Positions 37,492 through 48,222 of a stretch of DNA of 56,127 nt are shown here, one piece after another (the stretch's first letter is position 1; each line of letters begins with the position of its first letter). Origin of the DNA: an uncultured Mesorhizobium sp. (lineage in GTDB: Bacteria; Pseudomonadota; Alphaproteobacteria; Rhizobiales; Rhizobiaceae); assembly GCA_964371125.1 (NCBI GenBank), contig CAYJMY010000002.1, forward strand, positions 1-56,127, in the 5' to 3' direction. Under the pieces are notes generated by a model. The model saw only the letters and a program-made list of their open reading frames with translations, had not been told where the DNA came from and ran no database searches. A program made the translations under genes and the position numbers.

Positions 37492-40400
37492 ATGAACGTC
37501 CGGACCGACCCAGAGAGCCTCCGGCTCTCGCCTCCGCCGTTGCCGGCCAAGGCCGACGCCCCGATCCGCTCCACATTCCTCCACGACGAGATGCTGCGCC
37601 GGCTGGGCGAAAACCTGGCGCGTGGCGAATTGAAGCGCATCGAGGGGCTCGAAGCGTTCGACATCTCCAGCCGCATCCGCGAGGACAACGAGAAGATCCT
37701 CGCCGTCTACCGCGCCACCAACGAGGCCCAGCTCCGCGGCGAGACCATCACCCCGGCAGCGCAGTGGCTGCTCGACAACCACTACATGGTCGAGGAAGCC
37801 GTCTACCAGATACGCCGCGACCTGCCGAAGCGCTTCTACCGCCAGTTGCCGACGATCGAGATCGAAAAGGGCGTGCGCGTGCCGCGGGCGCTCGCGCTCG
37901 CCTGGCTTTATGTCGCCCACACCGACAGCGCCGTTTCCGCCACGGGCCTGGAGGCGATCATCGAGGGATTCCAGTCCGTCGAGCCGCTGCGGATCGGCGA
38001 GATCTGGGCGCTGCCGCCTCTGTTGCGGTTCGTTCTCGTCGAGAATCTGCGCCGGCTGGCCCTGCGCGTCGACCGTGCCCGCCAGATGCGGCGCATCGCC
38101 AACAGCCTCGCCGACCGGCTTCTTTCGGCGACGCCATGGGAAGGCGGACCGACCGCGCTCTTATCCGGGTATTCCCAGCACGCGCAGGACAACACCTTCG
38201 CCACCCAGCTCCTGCATCGCCTCCGCGACGGGTCGCTCAGCGCCGGCGCCGCGCTTGCCTGGCTGGAAAGGGAACTGGAAGCCTCCGGCAGCGACGCCGA
38301 GCAGATCATCATCCGCGAGCACCAGACACTTGCCGCTGGAAACGTGACGACCGGCAACATCATCCGCGGCCTCAGAGTTGCGAACGATCTCGACTGGACG
38401 GTCTGGTTCGAGAGGGTCAGCCGCGTCGACCGGCTGTTCCGCGAACGCACCGACTTCGCGCGCCTCGATTTTCAGTCGCGCGACCAGTACCGGACGGCGG
38501 TCGAGGATCTTGCCCGGCGATCGGGAAAGAACGAATACGACGTCGCGCTCCGCGTCATCGAGATGGCCGAGGCCGGCGCGTCCGAAAGCGCAGCGGCCGC
38601 CGACGGGCCGGACGTCGGAACGTTGCTCGTCGGCGCCCGCCGAAGAGAGGTCGAGAAGGATCTTGGATATCGTTCGCCATTCGGTACGCGGCTCTATCGC
38701 AGCTTCCGTAAGGCCGGCTGGGCAGGCATCGCCGTTCCCGCACTCGCCCTTGCCGGACTCCTGCTAGCCGCGCTTGCCAGTGCGCTCGCCGCGGCCGAGG
38801 TACCCGACTGGGGGATCGTCGTTCTTCTCGTCCTCTTCACCCTGCCGGGATTCGAGGGCATGCTGGCGATCTTCAATGCGTCGGTGATGCTCCTGCTCAA
38901 GCCGACGAGCCTGATCGGCTACGAGTTCAAGGACGGCGTTCCGCCCGAGGCACGGACGCTCGTCGTGGTGCCATCGCTGATCTCGTCGCGCGACGAGATC
39001 GAGGAGAGCGTGCGCAATCTGGAGGTGCATTTCCTCGCCAACATGCACGGCGACCTTCATTTCGCATTGCTCTCGGACTGGCCGGACAGCCAGGATGAGC
39101 AGAGCGCGGGCGATCTCGAACTCCTCGAATACGCGCACGCCTGCATCGCAGGCCTTAATGCCGTCTATCCGCGCGCAGAGGCGCCGCGCTTCCACCTGCT
39201 CCACCGGCGCCGGCTCTACAACGAAACCCAGGGCTGCTGGATGGGCTGGGAACGCAAGCGCGGCAAGCTGCACGAGCTCGACCTGCTGCTGCGCGGCGAC
39301 AGCGACACGACGTTCATGCCCTCCGACACGCCGCTGCCGCAGGGCGTCGTCTATGTCATGACGCTCGACGCCGACACGCGCATGACCCGCGACGCGGTGG
39401 CGCGTCTCGTCGGCAAGCTCTGCCACCCGCTGAACCGCCCCGTGCTCGATCCGCTGACCCGGCGCGTCGTTTCCGGCTATGGCATCCTGCAGCCGCGCGT
39501 GACGCCGTCGCTGACGACCGGCGACGAGGCTTCGTTCTTCCAGCGCATCTGTTCGGTCCACCGCGGCATGGACCCATACGTCTTCGCCGTGTCCGACCTC
39601 TATCAGGACGTGTTCGGCGAGGGCAGCTTCACCGGCAAGGGGCTCTACCACGTCGACGCCATGGAGGCGGCGCTCAAGGACCGCATCCGCGAGGACACCG
39701 TGCTCAGCCACGATCTCCTCGAAGGGGCCTACGCGCGTGCCGCCCTGACCACCGATGTCGAACTGGTCGAGGACTACCCGACCCGCTACGCCGTCGACGC
39801 CTCGCGTCAGCACCGCTGGGCGCGCGGCGACTGGCAACTGCTCGGCTACATCCTCGACCCGGCCTCCGGCGTGCCGGCGCTGTCGCGCTGGAAGATGATC
39901 GACAACCTGCGGCGCTCGCTGACCCCTATCTTCTGGACGGCGGCATCGATTGCCGGCTGGACGCTGTTGCCGTTCTCGCTCGCAGCGCAATGGCAGGTAC
40001 TGCTCATCCTCAGCCTGTTCGTCGCGCCGACCTTCGACCTCGTCCGCTCGCTATTCCCCGATTCGCGCGAGACGACGCCGCGGGCGCGGCTGACCGCCTT
40101 CTTCCGCGACATCGCCCAGGGATCCGCGCAGGTAGCTCTGCGCCTCATCCTGATGGGGCACACGGCCTGGATGATGGCCGACGCCATCGCTCGCACGCTG
40201 CACCGCCTTCTCGTCAGCCGCAGGAACCTGCTCGAATGGCGGACCGCCTCGCAGGCCCAGAAGCACGGCGCCAACACGCTGGCCTCCTACTACGGGATGA
40301 TGTGGGGAGCGCTGCCCATCGCCGCAGTCGGCCTCGCCCTTCCGGTCGCGACGGATTCGACTGGCGCCTTCGTCGCATTCATCTTTGCGCTGTTCTGGGC

Positions 40401-43400
40401 AGGCTCGCCCGCATTCGCCTGGTTCGTCAGCATGTCCGCCGAGACCGAAGACCGGCTGCACGTCGCGGCAAGCGACAGCCGGAAGCTGCGCAGCGCAGCC
40501 CGCCGTACTTGGCTCTTCTTCGAGACCTTCGTCGGACCGGAGCACAATTGGCTGCCGCCCGACAATTTCCAGGAAACACCCGAACCGGTCGTCGCGCCGC
40601 GCACATCGCCGACCAACATCGGCGTCTACATGCTGTCGATCGTCTCGGCGCGCGATTTCGGCTGGATCAGTCTCGCCCACGCGATCGAGCGCCTGGACCA
40701 GACGCTCGCCACGATCGAGAAGATGGATCGGCACCGCGGCCATCTCTACAACTGGTACGACACGCGCTCTCTGGAGCCGCTCCATCCGCGTTACATCTCA
40801 AGCGTCGACAGCGGCAACCTCGCCGGCCACCTGATCGCGGTCTCCGCCGCCTGCAACGAGTGGGCGATGGCTCCCGCCGCCTATCTCCAGGGCGACTTCC
40901 ACGGCATCCTCGACGCCGTCGGCATCCTCGAGGAGACGCTCGCTGCCCTGCCCGACGACCGGCGCCAGATCCGCCCGCTCCGCCACCGCCTCGCCGACCG
41001 CATCGCCGGCATGCGCCGCGCCGTCGACATCGTGCGCAACGAACCCGAAACCGCCGCGATCAGAACCATCAACCTCGCCGTGCTGTCCGGCGACATCCGC
41101 AAGCTCGCCTCGGCCATCAATGCCGAGATCGGCTTACCGGCCAGCGAGGACCTGCTGCTCTGGGCCGGAAAGCTGGAGGCGACCTGCGAAGCCCATGTCA
41201 GCGACGCCCATATCGACGAGCGCGGCGTGGAATCGCTCAGGGCGAAGCTGCGCGACGTCCATCGCCGCGCCCGCCTGTTCGCCTTCCAGATGGAATTCGG
41301 CTTCCTGATACGCCGGGACCGCAAGCTGCTGTCGATCGGCTACCGCATCGACGATCACCAACTCGACGAGAGCTGCTACGACCTCCTCGCCTCCGAGGCG
41401 CGGCTGACCAGCCTGTTCGCCATCGCCAAGGGCGACGTGTCGACGGAACACTGGTTCCGGCTCGGCCGGCCGATCGTCGAGATCGGCTTCCGCGGCGCTC
41501 TGGTCTCGTGGTCGGGCTCGATGTTCGAGTACCTGATGCCGCCGCTGGTGATGAAGGAGCCGCAGGGCGGAATTCTCAACCAGACCAACATGCTGGTCAT
41601 CCGCAAGCAGATCGCCTACGGGCGCTCGAAGGGCATTCCCTGGGGCATCTCCGAGGCCGCCTACAACGCCCGCGACCGCCAGATGACCTACCAGTACACC
41701 AATTTCGGCGTGCCCGGTCTCGGCCTGAAACGCGGCCTGGCGCTGAACACGGTGGTCGCACCCTACGCCACGATGCTCGCCTCGCAGTACCTGCCGCGCC
41801 AGTCTGTCGAGAACCTCGAGCGGCTGGAGGCCATCGGCGCTCTCGGCCGCTACGGCTACCATGACGCCATCGACTTCACCCCACAGCGCGTGCCCGAAGG
41901 CCAGCATCACGCCGTCGTGCGCAACTACATGGCCCACCATCAGGGCATGTCGATCGTCGCGGTCGCCAATGTCGTCTTCGAAGGCCGCATGCGCGACCGG
42001 TTCCACAGCGACCCGGTGATCGAGGCGGCCGAACTGCTGCTCCAGGAGAAGGCGCCGCGCGACATCCCGGTCACTTTCGTCGGGTCCGAGACTGACATCG
42101 TCGCCCTGGCCGCGCCGAAAGACGACCACCCCGACAATCGCGTCGTCGACGATCCGGCGTCCGCCCCGCCCGCGGTCAACGTGCTCAGCAACGGCCGCTA
42201 CTCGGTCATGGTGTCGGCGACCGGCTCCGGCTACAGCCGCATCGATGATATCAGCGTCACGCGCTGGCAGCCCGACCTCGCGGAAGACCGTTCGGGTTCT
42301 TTCCTGTTCCTCACCGACACCGAGACCGGCAGGTGGTGGTCGGCGACGGCGGCGCCGAAGGCCGCGCCGGGTGAAGTCGCCCAGACCGTCTTTGCCGACG
42401 ACAAGGCGCATTTCTTCAAAGTAGTCGGCAACCTCCGCTCCGAGGTCGAGGTGATCGTCGCCGACGAGGGACATGGCGAAGGGCGCCGTCTCACGCTGAT
42501 CAACGATGGCCGCGTGGATCGCCATCTCGACGTCACCTCCTTCGCCGAGATCTCGCTCGCCACGGAAGCCGCCGACAGCGCCCATCCCGCCTTCTCGAAA
42601 ATGTTCGTCGAGACCGAGATCGCCCGGCAGAACAGCACGATCTACGCCTGGCGGCGCCCGCGATCGCCCGACGAGCCGGGGGTTGCGCTCGCCCATTTCG
42701 TCAGCGGGGGGGCGTCCCTGACGCGCGAGACCGAGGCGGAAACCGACCGGCGCGCATTCATCGGCAGGGGCCGCACGCTTGCCGACGCGGCGGCGTTCGA
42801 TCCCGACACGCGGCTCTCGGGCACCGCCGGCTGCGTCCTCGACCCGGTCATGGCGCTGCGCTGCCGCGTCCGCGTCCCGGCCGGAAAGAAGGTCTCGCTG
42901 ACGTTCTGGACGCTGGCAGCGCCAACGCGCAAGGAGGTCGAGGACCTCGTCGCCCGCTACGACTACCCCGACAGCTTCCAGCGCCAGGCGATGCTCGCCT
43001 GGACGCGCTCGCAGGTCCAGGTCCGCTACCTCGGCCTCAATCTCGCCGACGCGGCCGGGGTGCAGAAGCTGGCGCGATACCTGGTCTATCCCGGCAGGGC
43101 CGTGCGCGCGCCGGCCGAGGCTATCGCCGCCGGGCTCGGCCGCCAGTCGGCGCTCTGGCCGACGAGTATATCGGGCGACTATCCGATCTTCGCGGTGCGC
43201 ATCGGCGACGTGGTCGACCTGGAGATCGTCGCATCGACGCTGCGCATGCAGGAGTATTTGCGCACCCGCGGGGTCGTGGTGGACCTAGTCATCGTCAACG
43301 AACAGGCCGCCTCCTACGTTCAGGATCTGCAACAGGCGATCGAGAATCTGTGCGAAAACAGCCGCCTGCGCGGCAGGGAGCTCGGGCCGCGCCAGCACAT

Positions 43401-46005
43401 CTTCGCCGTCCGCCGGGATCTCATGGACGAGGCGACCTACCGCACACTGCTCGGCGTCGCCCGGATCGTCTTCCATACCCGCAACGGGCCGATCTCCGAC
43501 CAGATCGAGCGCGCCGAAGCCGCCGAACGAGCGGGTTTGGCGGAGCGTCCGACGTTACCCACCGGAACGGTCGGGCATCGCCGGCACGTCGACAAATCGG
43601 CCGACGGAACCGGCCTCGCCGGATGGAACGGCTATGGCGGCTTCGACCGTGACGGCCGCGACTACGTGGTGCGGCTCGCCGGCGAGCGCACCACGCCGCA
43701 TCCCTGGATCAACGTCGTCGCCAATGCCGAGTTCGGCTTCCACAGCTCCGCCGAGGGCGCCTCCTTCACCTGGAGCCGCAACAGCCGCGATTTCCAGCTG
43801 ACGCCTTGGAGCAACGACCCCGTCACCAACCGGCCCGGCGAGGCGATCTATATCCGCGACCTCGACGGCGGTGGCCTGTTCTCGCCCGTCGCCGGCGTCG
43901 CCCGCGATCCTTCGCTCGTCTACGAGGCGCGCCACGGCCAGGGTTACAGCACCTTCTCCACGCGCCGCGGCGGGCTTGCAGCAGAACTTTGCCAACTCGT
44001 GGATCCCACCGATCCGGTGAAGGTCTCGCGGCTGACGCTGCGCAACGACGGTTCGGAGGCCGTACGGCTCAGGATCTACGCCTATGCCGAGTGGGTCCTC
44101 GGCACAGGCCGCGCGCGGACTGCGCCGACGATCGTGCCCGGTCGCGACGAAGCGACGGGGGCGCTCACCGCGCGCAATCCCTACAGCCTCGAATTCGGCG
44201 AGCGCACCGCCTTCCTCGCCGCCGATGCGCCGCCCCAGTCCTTCACGGCTGACCGTACCGAATTCCTCGGTCGCGGCGGCTCCGTGGAGTGGCCGGCCGC
44301 CGCCCTGGCGGGCGCCGACCTTTCGGGCACCGTCGAAGCCGGGCGAGATCCGTGCGCGGCGATTGCCTGCGACGTCACCGTCCCGGCGGGCGGCGAAAGC
44401 CGGGTTCTGTTCCTTCTCGGCGACGCCGCCTCGGCCGAGGAGGCATCGGCGCTCGTTTCGCGGCATCGGGCGGTCGACTTCGACCGCCGGCTGGAAGCCA
44501 ACGCCCGCGCCTGGGACGATTTCCTCGGCGCGATCCAGGTCGAGACGCCGGACCCGGCGATGAACGCCATGCTGAACCGCTGGCTGCCCTACCAGAGCCT
44601 CGCCTGCCGTATCCGCGCCCGCTCGGCCTTCTACCAGGCGAGCGGCGCCTTCGGCTTCCGGGACCAGCTCCAGGACGCTCTGGCGCTGACGCTCCACGAT
44701 CCGTCGCTGGCGCGGGCGCGCATCCTCGACGCGGCCGCGAGGCAGTTCCCGGAAGGCGACGTCCAGCACTGGTGGCTGCCGCGGACCGGCGCCGGCGTGC
44801 GCACGGCAATCTCCGACGACGTCGTCTGGCTGGCCTTCTGCGCCCACGACTACATCCGCTCGACCGGCGACCGGGCGATTCTCGACGAACAGGTGCCTTT
44901 CATCGAAGGCCCCGCCCTCGCGCCCGGCGAGCACGACGCCTACTTCGTGCCCGACATGTCGGCCAAGTCCGATAGCCTCTACGAGCATTGCGCACGCGCG
45001 CTCGATCTCGCGATATCGCGCACCGGGCCAAATGGCCTGCCGCTGATCCTCGGCGGCGACTGGAACGACGGCATGAACCGGGTCGGCATCGGCGGCCAGG
45101 GTGAAAGTGTGTGGCTCGGCTGGTTCCTGCTGCGCACCCTGGCGGATTTCCTCCCCCACGCCGAGGCGCGCGGCGACGAGGCGAGGACGCGCCGCTGGCG
45201 CAAACGCGAACGCAACCTGAAGGTCGCGGTCGAGGCGAGCGCCTGGGACGGCCAATGGTACCGGCGCGCGACCTACGACGACGGCACGCCGCTCGGCTCG
45301 CGTTCGTCGGACGAGTGCCAGATCGATTCCCTGCCGCAGTCGTGGAGCGTGCTGTCCGACCACGGCGACCCGGCGCGCTCGCGCACGGCCCTCGATTCGG
45401 CGATCGCCGAACTGGTCGCCCCGGATCTGCGGATCGTCCGGCTGTTCACGCCGCCCTTCTCGACCGGCGAGCGCGATCCGGGCTACATCCGCGCCTATCC
45501 CGCCGGCGTACGCGAGAACGGCGGTCAGTATACCCATGCCGCAACCTGGCTGGTCATTGCGCTCGCCCGCACGGGGCGCGCCGACGAGGCCTACCGGCTG
45601 TTCGACATGCTCAATCCGGTCACCCACGCGACCGACGAGAAGGCAGCGGGAATCTATCGCGTCGAGCCCTACGTCGTTGCCGCGGATGTCTATTCGATCG
45701 GCGACAAGGCCGGACGTGGCGGCTGGACCTGGTATACGGGATCGGCCGGCTGGCTTTTCCGCGCCGGTGTCGAAGGCATCCTCGGCATTCGCCGCGATGG
45801 CGGCCGCCTGGAAGTCACCCCTGCGCTTCCGTCCGCCTGGCCGGGCTATTCGGCGACACTGCGTCTCGACGGCAGGACCGTACGCTTGATTGTGCGCCGC
45901 GGGAGAGGCGGGGCCGGTGGAATCACCGTCGACGGACGCCATGTCGATGCGATCCTGATCGACGCGCTGCAGGCCGATAGCGAAATCATGGTCGAGACGG
46001 CATGA
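37492..46005 (+). CDS. ndvB: cyclic beta-1,2-glucan synthase (Cgs/NdvB/ChvB)
   Basis: 2837 aa. WLLDNHY, GWERKRGKL, TLDADT, SHDLLEG, QHRWARGDWQ (GT84), WSGSMFEYLMP, and a C-terminal GH94 phosphorylase region (GFRDQLQD, GDWNDGMN, ENGGQYTH). Confidence 0.97.
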   Translation: MNVRTDPESLRLSPPPLPAKADAPIRSTFLHDEMLRRLGENLARGELKRIEGLEAFDISSRIREDNEKILAVYRATNEAQLRGETITPAAQWLLDNHYMVEEAVYQIRRDLPKRFYRQLPTIEIEKGVRVPRALALAWLYVAHTDSAVSATGLEAIIEGFQSVEPLRIGEIWALPPLLRFVLVENLRRLALRVDRARQMRRIANSLADRLLSATPWEGGPTALLSGYSQHAQDNTFATQLLHRLRDGSLSAGAALAWLERELEASGSDAEQIIIREHQTLAAGNVTTGNIIRGLRVANDLDWTVWFERVSRVDRLFRERTDFARLDFQSRDQYRTAVEDLARRSGKNEYDVALRVIEMAEAGASESAAAADGPDVGTLLVGARRREVEKDLGYRSPFGTRLYRSFRKAGWAGIAVPALALAGLLLAALASALAAAEVPDWGIVVLLVLFTLPGFEGMLAIFNASVMLLLKPTSLIGYEFKDGVPPEARTLVVVPSLISSRDEIEESVRNLEVHFLANMHGDLHFALLSDWPDSQDEQSAGDLELLEYAHACIAGLNAVYPRAEAPRFHLLHRRRLYNETQGCWMGWERKRGKLHELDLLLRGDSDTTFMPSDTPLPQGVVYVMTLDADTRMTRDAVARLVGKLCHPLNRPVLDPLTRRVVSGYGILQPRVTPSLTTGDEASFFQRICSVHRGMDPYVFAVSDLYQDVFGEGSFTGKGLYHVDAMEAALKDRIREDTVLSHDLLEGAYARAALTTDVELVEDYPTRYAVDASRQHRWARGDWQLLGYILDPASGVPALSRWKMIDNLRRSLTPIFWTAASIAGWTLLPFSLAAQWQVLLILSLFVAPTFDLVRSLFPDSRETTPRARLTAFFRDIAQGSAQVALRLILMGHTAWMMADAIARTLHRLLVSRRNLLEWRTASQAQKHGANTLASYYGMMWGALPIAAVGLALPVATDSTGAFVAFIFALFWAGSPAFAWFVSMSAETEDRLHVAASDSRKLRSAARRTWLFFETFVGPEHNWLPPDNFQETPEPVVAPRTSPTNIGVYMLSIVSARDFGWISLAHAIERLDQTLATIEKMDRHRGHLYNWYDTRSLEPLHPRYISSVDSGNLAGHLIAVSAACNEWAMAPAAYLQGDFHGILDAVGILEETLAALPDDRRQIRPLRHRLADRIAGMRRAVDIVRNEPETAAIRTINLAVLSGDIRKLASAINAEIGLPASEDLLLWAGKLEATCEAHVSDAHIDERGVESLRAKLRDVHRRARLFAFQMEFGFLIRRDRKLLSIGYRIDDHQLDESCYDLLASEARLTSLFAIAKGDVSTEHWFRLGRPIVEIGFRGALVSWSGSMFEYLMPPLVMKEPQGGILNQTNMLVIRKQIAYGRSKGIPWGISEAAYNARDRQMTYQYTNFGVPGLGLKRGLALNTVVAPYATMLASQYLPRQSVENLERLEAIGALGRYGYHDAIDFTPQRVPEGQHHAVVRNYMAHHQGMSIVAVANVVFEGRMRDRFHSDPVIEAAELLLQEKAPRDIPVTFVGSETDIVALAAPKDDHPDNRVVDDPASAPPAVNVLSNGRYSVMVSATGSGYSRIDDISVTRWQPDLAEDRSGSFLFLTDTETGRWWSATAAPKAAPGEVAQTVFADDKAHFFKVVGNLRSEVEVIVADEGHGEGRRLTLINDGRVDRHLDVTSFAEISLATEAADSAHPAFSKMFVETEIARQNSTIYAWRRPRSPDEPGVALAHFVSGGASLTRETEAETDRRAFIGRGRTLADAAAFDPDTRLSGTAGCVLDPVMALRCRVRVPAGKKVSLTFWTLAAPTRKEVEDLVARYDYPDSFQRQAMLAWTRSQVQVRYLGLNLADAAGVQKLARYLVYPGRAVRAPAEAIAAGLGRQSALWPTSISGDYPIFAVRIGDVVDLEIVASTLRMQEYLRTRGVVVDLVIVNEQAASYVQDLQQAIENLCENSRLRGRELGPRQHIFAVRRDLMDEATYRTLLGVARIVFHTRNGPISDQIERAEAAERAGLAERPTLPTGTVGHRRHVDKSADGTGLAGWNGYGGFDRDGRDYVVRLAGERTTPHPWINVVANAEFGFHSSAEGASFTWSRNSRDFQLTPWSNDPVTNRPGEAIYIRDLDGGGLFSPVAGVARDPSLVYEARHGQGYSTFSTRRGGLAAELCQLVDPTDPVKVSRLTLRNDGSEAVRLRIYAYAEWVLGTGRARTAPTIVPGRDEATGALTARNPYSLEFGERTAFLAADAPPQSFTADRTEFLGRGGSVEWPAAALAGADLSGTVEAGRDPCAAIACDVTVPAGGESRVLFLLGDAASAEEASALVSRHRAVDFDRRLEANARAWDDFLGAIQVETPDPAMNAMLNRWLPYQSLACRIRARSAFYQASGAFGFRDQLQDALALTLHDPSLARARILDAAARQFPEGDVQHWWLPRTGAGVRTAISDDVVWLAFCAHDYIRSTGDRAILDEQVPFIEGPALAPGEHDAYFVPDMSAKSDSLYEHCARALDLAISRTGPNGLPLILGGDWNDGMNRVGIGGQGESVWLGWFLLRTLADFLPHAEARGDEARTRRWRKRERNLKVAVEASAWDGQWYRRATYDDGTPLGSRSSDECQIDSLPQSWSVLSDHGDPARSRTALDSAIAELVAPDLRIVRLFTPPFSTGERDPGYIRAYPAGVRENGGQYTHAATWLVIALARTGRADEAYRLFDMLNPVTHATDEKAAGIYRVEPYVVAADVYSIGDKAGRGGWTWYTGSAGWLFRAGVEGILGIRRDGGRLEVTPALPSAWPGYSATLRLDGRTVRLIVRRGRGGAGGITVDGRHVDAILIDALQADSEIMVETA

Positions 46006-46203
46006 GAAACCATGGACGCGGTCACAAGATCGCCATTTTCTCCTAGATTTCAGTCTCTTATTCGATCACGCGACATTTCCGCCCGATAACGACATTTGTC
46101 CTGCTTTCCGGAACGGAACGCAATCCGCGGGCATTGTCCCCCGATGCGCAAACTCGTATTCAGCGATGGTGCGGCGCACAAACCGAAGTCACAAGGTAAC
46201 GAC

Positions 46204-47976
46204 GTGTCTCTGTTGCAGATCTACTGGAGAGCGCTGAGCTACCTCGCCGCGGAGAGGCGTAAAGTCGCCGTCATCTGCGCCGCCAATGTCGGCCTCGCCG
46301 CCGTGGCCATCGCCGAGCCGGTGCTGTTCGGCCGCATCATCGACGCGATCTCCGAAAAGCGCGACGTCGTGCCGACGCTGGCGCTCTGGGCCGGCATCGG
46401 CGCGTTCAACATCGTCGCTTATGTCCTGATCGCGCGCGGCGCGGATCGACTCGCCCACGGTCGGCGTGCCGAGGTCCTCGCCGAATCGTTCGAGAAGGTC
46501 ATCACCATGCCGCTGGCGTGGCACCACCAACGCGGCACCTCGAACAGCCTTCACACGCTGCTGCGCGCGGTGGAAAGCCTTTTCGGCCTCTGGCTGGAGT
46601 TCATGCGCCAGCACCTTACGACCGCGGTTGCGCTTTTCCTGCTCGTGCCAACAGCCTTGACGCTCGACGTCCGCATGTCGCTCGTACTGGTCGCGCTCGG
46701 CGCCGTCTACCTGTGGATCGGTCGCGTCGTCATGCGCAAGACGAAGGACGGCCAGGCGTCGGTGGAGGCCCACTATCACCGGGTGTTCTCCCATGTGAGC
46801 GACTCGGTCAGCAATGTTTCCGTGCTGCAGAGCTACAACCGCATCGCCGAGGAGAAGCGCGCCCTCGAGGCCTATACGCGCGAGCTCCTCGCTGCGCAGT
46901 TCCCGGTGCTCGACTGGTGGGCGCTGGCAGCCGCCCTGCACCGCCTGGCTTCGACCATTTCGATGATGGTGGTGCTGCTGATTGGAGCGCTGCTGGTGCT
47001 CCGCGGCGAACTCCGGATCGGCGACATCGTCGCCTTCACCGGCTTTGCAACCCTGCTGATCAGCCGGCTCGACCAGATCTCGGCCTTCGCCAACCAGGTC
47101 TTCGAGGCACGCGCGAAGCTCGTCGACTTCTACGCCCTCGAGAACGCGGTGGCCGACCGCCTGGAGCCGGACGGGGCGCGCGACCTCGGCGGGGTCACCG
47201 GATACGTCCGCTTCGAGAACGTCGGCTTCTCCTTCCACAACGCCGGCCGCGGCGTCGAGGACGTCTCATTCGAAGTAGGCGCCGGACAGACGGTCGCGAT
47301 CGTCGGTCCCACGGGCGCAGGCAAGACGACATTGGTCAACCTACTCCAGCGCGTCTACGACCCGCAGCAGGGACGGATCCTCATCGACGGCATCGACACC
47401 AGGACGGTGACGCGCCGATCGCTGCGTCATTCGATCGCGACCGTCTTCCAGGACGCCGGGCTGTTCAACCGCACCATCGGCGACAACATCCGCATCGGCC
47501 GCGCCGACGCCAGCCAGGACGACATCCATGCCGCTGCCGATGCCGCAGCGGCGCTCGATTTCATCCTCGCCCGGGATACGGGCTACGAAACGCTGGTCGG
47601 GGAACGCGGGGCGCAACTTTCCGGCGGAGAGCGCCAGCGCATCGCGATCGCACGCGCGATCCTGAAGGACGCGCCCATCCTCGTCCTTGACGAGGCGACC
47701 AGCGCGCTCGATGTCGAAACCGAAAGCCGCGTGAAGGATGCGATCGAGCGCCTGCGCGCCAACCGCACGACCTTCATCATCGCCCACCGCCTGACCACCG
47801 TCAGGAGCGCCGACCTGATCGTTTTCCTCGACCAGGGACGCGTCGTCGAGAGCGGCGGTTTCGCCGAGCTGAGCGCCAGCAACGGCCGCTTCGCCGCGCT
47901 GCTCAGGGCCGGCGGCCTGCTCGACGACGACGAGGTCCGCAGGACCGCAAGAGTTGCAGTGCGCGAAGTCGCCTGA
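46204..47976 (+). CDS. ndvA: cyclic beta-1,2-glucan ABC exporter (NdvA/ChvA/Cgt)
   Basis: GTG start MSLLQIYWRAL; ADRLAHGRR, WLEFMRQHL, QFPVLDWWALA, GPTGAGKTT and LSGGERQR. Directly after ndvB. Confidence 0.95.
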   Translation: MSLLQIYWRALSYLAAERRKVAVICAANVGLAAVAIAEPVLFGRIIDAISEKRDVVPTLALWAGIGAFNIVAYVLIARGADRLAHGRRAEVLAESFEKVITMPLAWHHQRGTSNSLHTLLRAVESLFGLWLEFMRQHLTTAVALFLLVPTALTLDVRMSLVLVALGAVYLWIGRVVMRKTKDGQASVEAHYHRVFSHVSDSVSNVSVLQSYNRIAEEKRALEAYTRELLAAQFPVLDWWALAAALHRLASTISMMVVLLIGALLVLRGELRIGDIVAFTGFATLLISRLDQISAFANQVFEARAKLVDFYALENAVADRLEPDGARDLGGVTGYVRFENVGFSFHNAGRGVEDVSFEVGAGQTVAIVGPTGAGKTTLVNLLQRVYDPQQGRILIDGIDTRTVTRRSLRHSIATVFQDAGLFNRTIGDNIRIGRADASQDDIHAAADAAAALDFILARDTGYETLVGERGAQLSGGERQRIAIARAILKDAPILVLDEATSALDVETESRVKDAIERLRANRTTFIIAHRLTTVRSADLIVFLDQGRVVESGGFAELSASNGRFAALLRAGGLLDDDEVRRTARVAVREVA

Positions 47977-48222
47977 CCGCCCGAAGAGCTTCCACGCCGT
48001 GCTAGCGGCCTGAATCCGCCGGTCCAAGGCCGGCCCGGAATTCACATAATTTTTCAGCATGTTACGAGACAGCCCCGGAGCACGGGAAAAAGTGTCGCAG
48101 GCGCAACGCAGGGAACGAATTCGCCCGTCCGCCCTTCTCCTTCCACAATTCGCCGGCTAGGCAATCTCCACGCCGTGTGACAGTAGGATGACAATTTGCC
48201 GGCGCAGTGAGAGGGTGTCTTC

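Noticed and set aside
46006-46203. Two GTCACAAG copies in the ndvB-ndvA gap as a possible regulator site
   Set aside because: The copies are about 170 bp apart and only 8 bp long, so they cannot be told from chance by eye.
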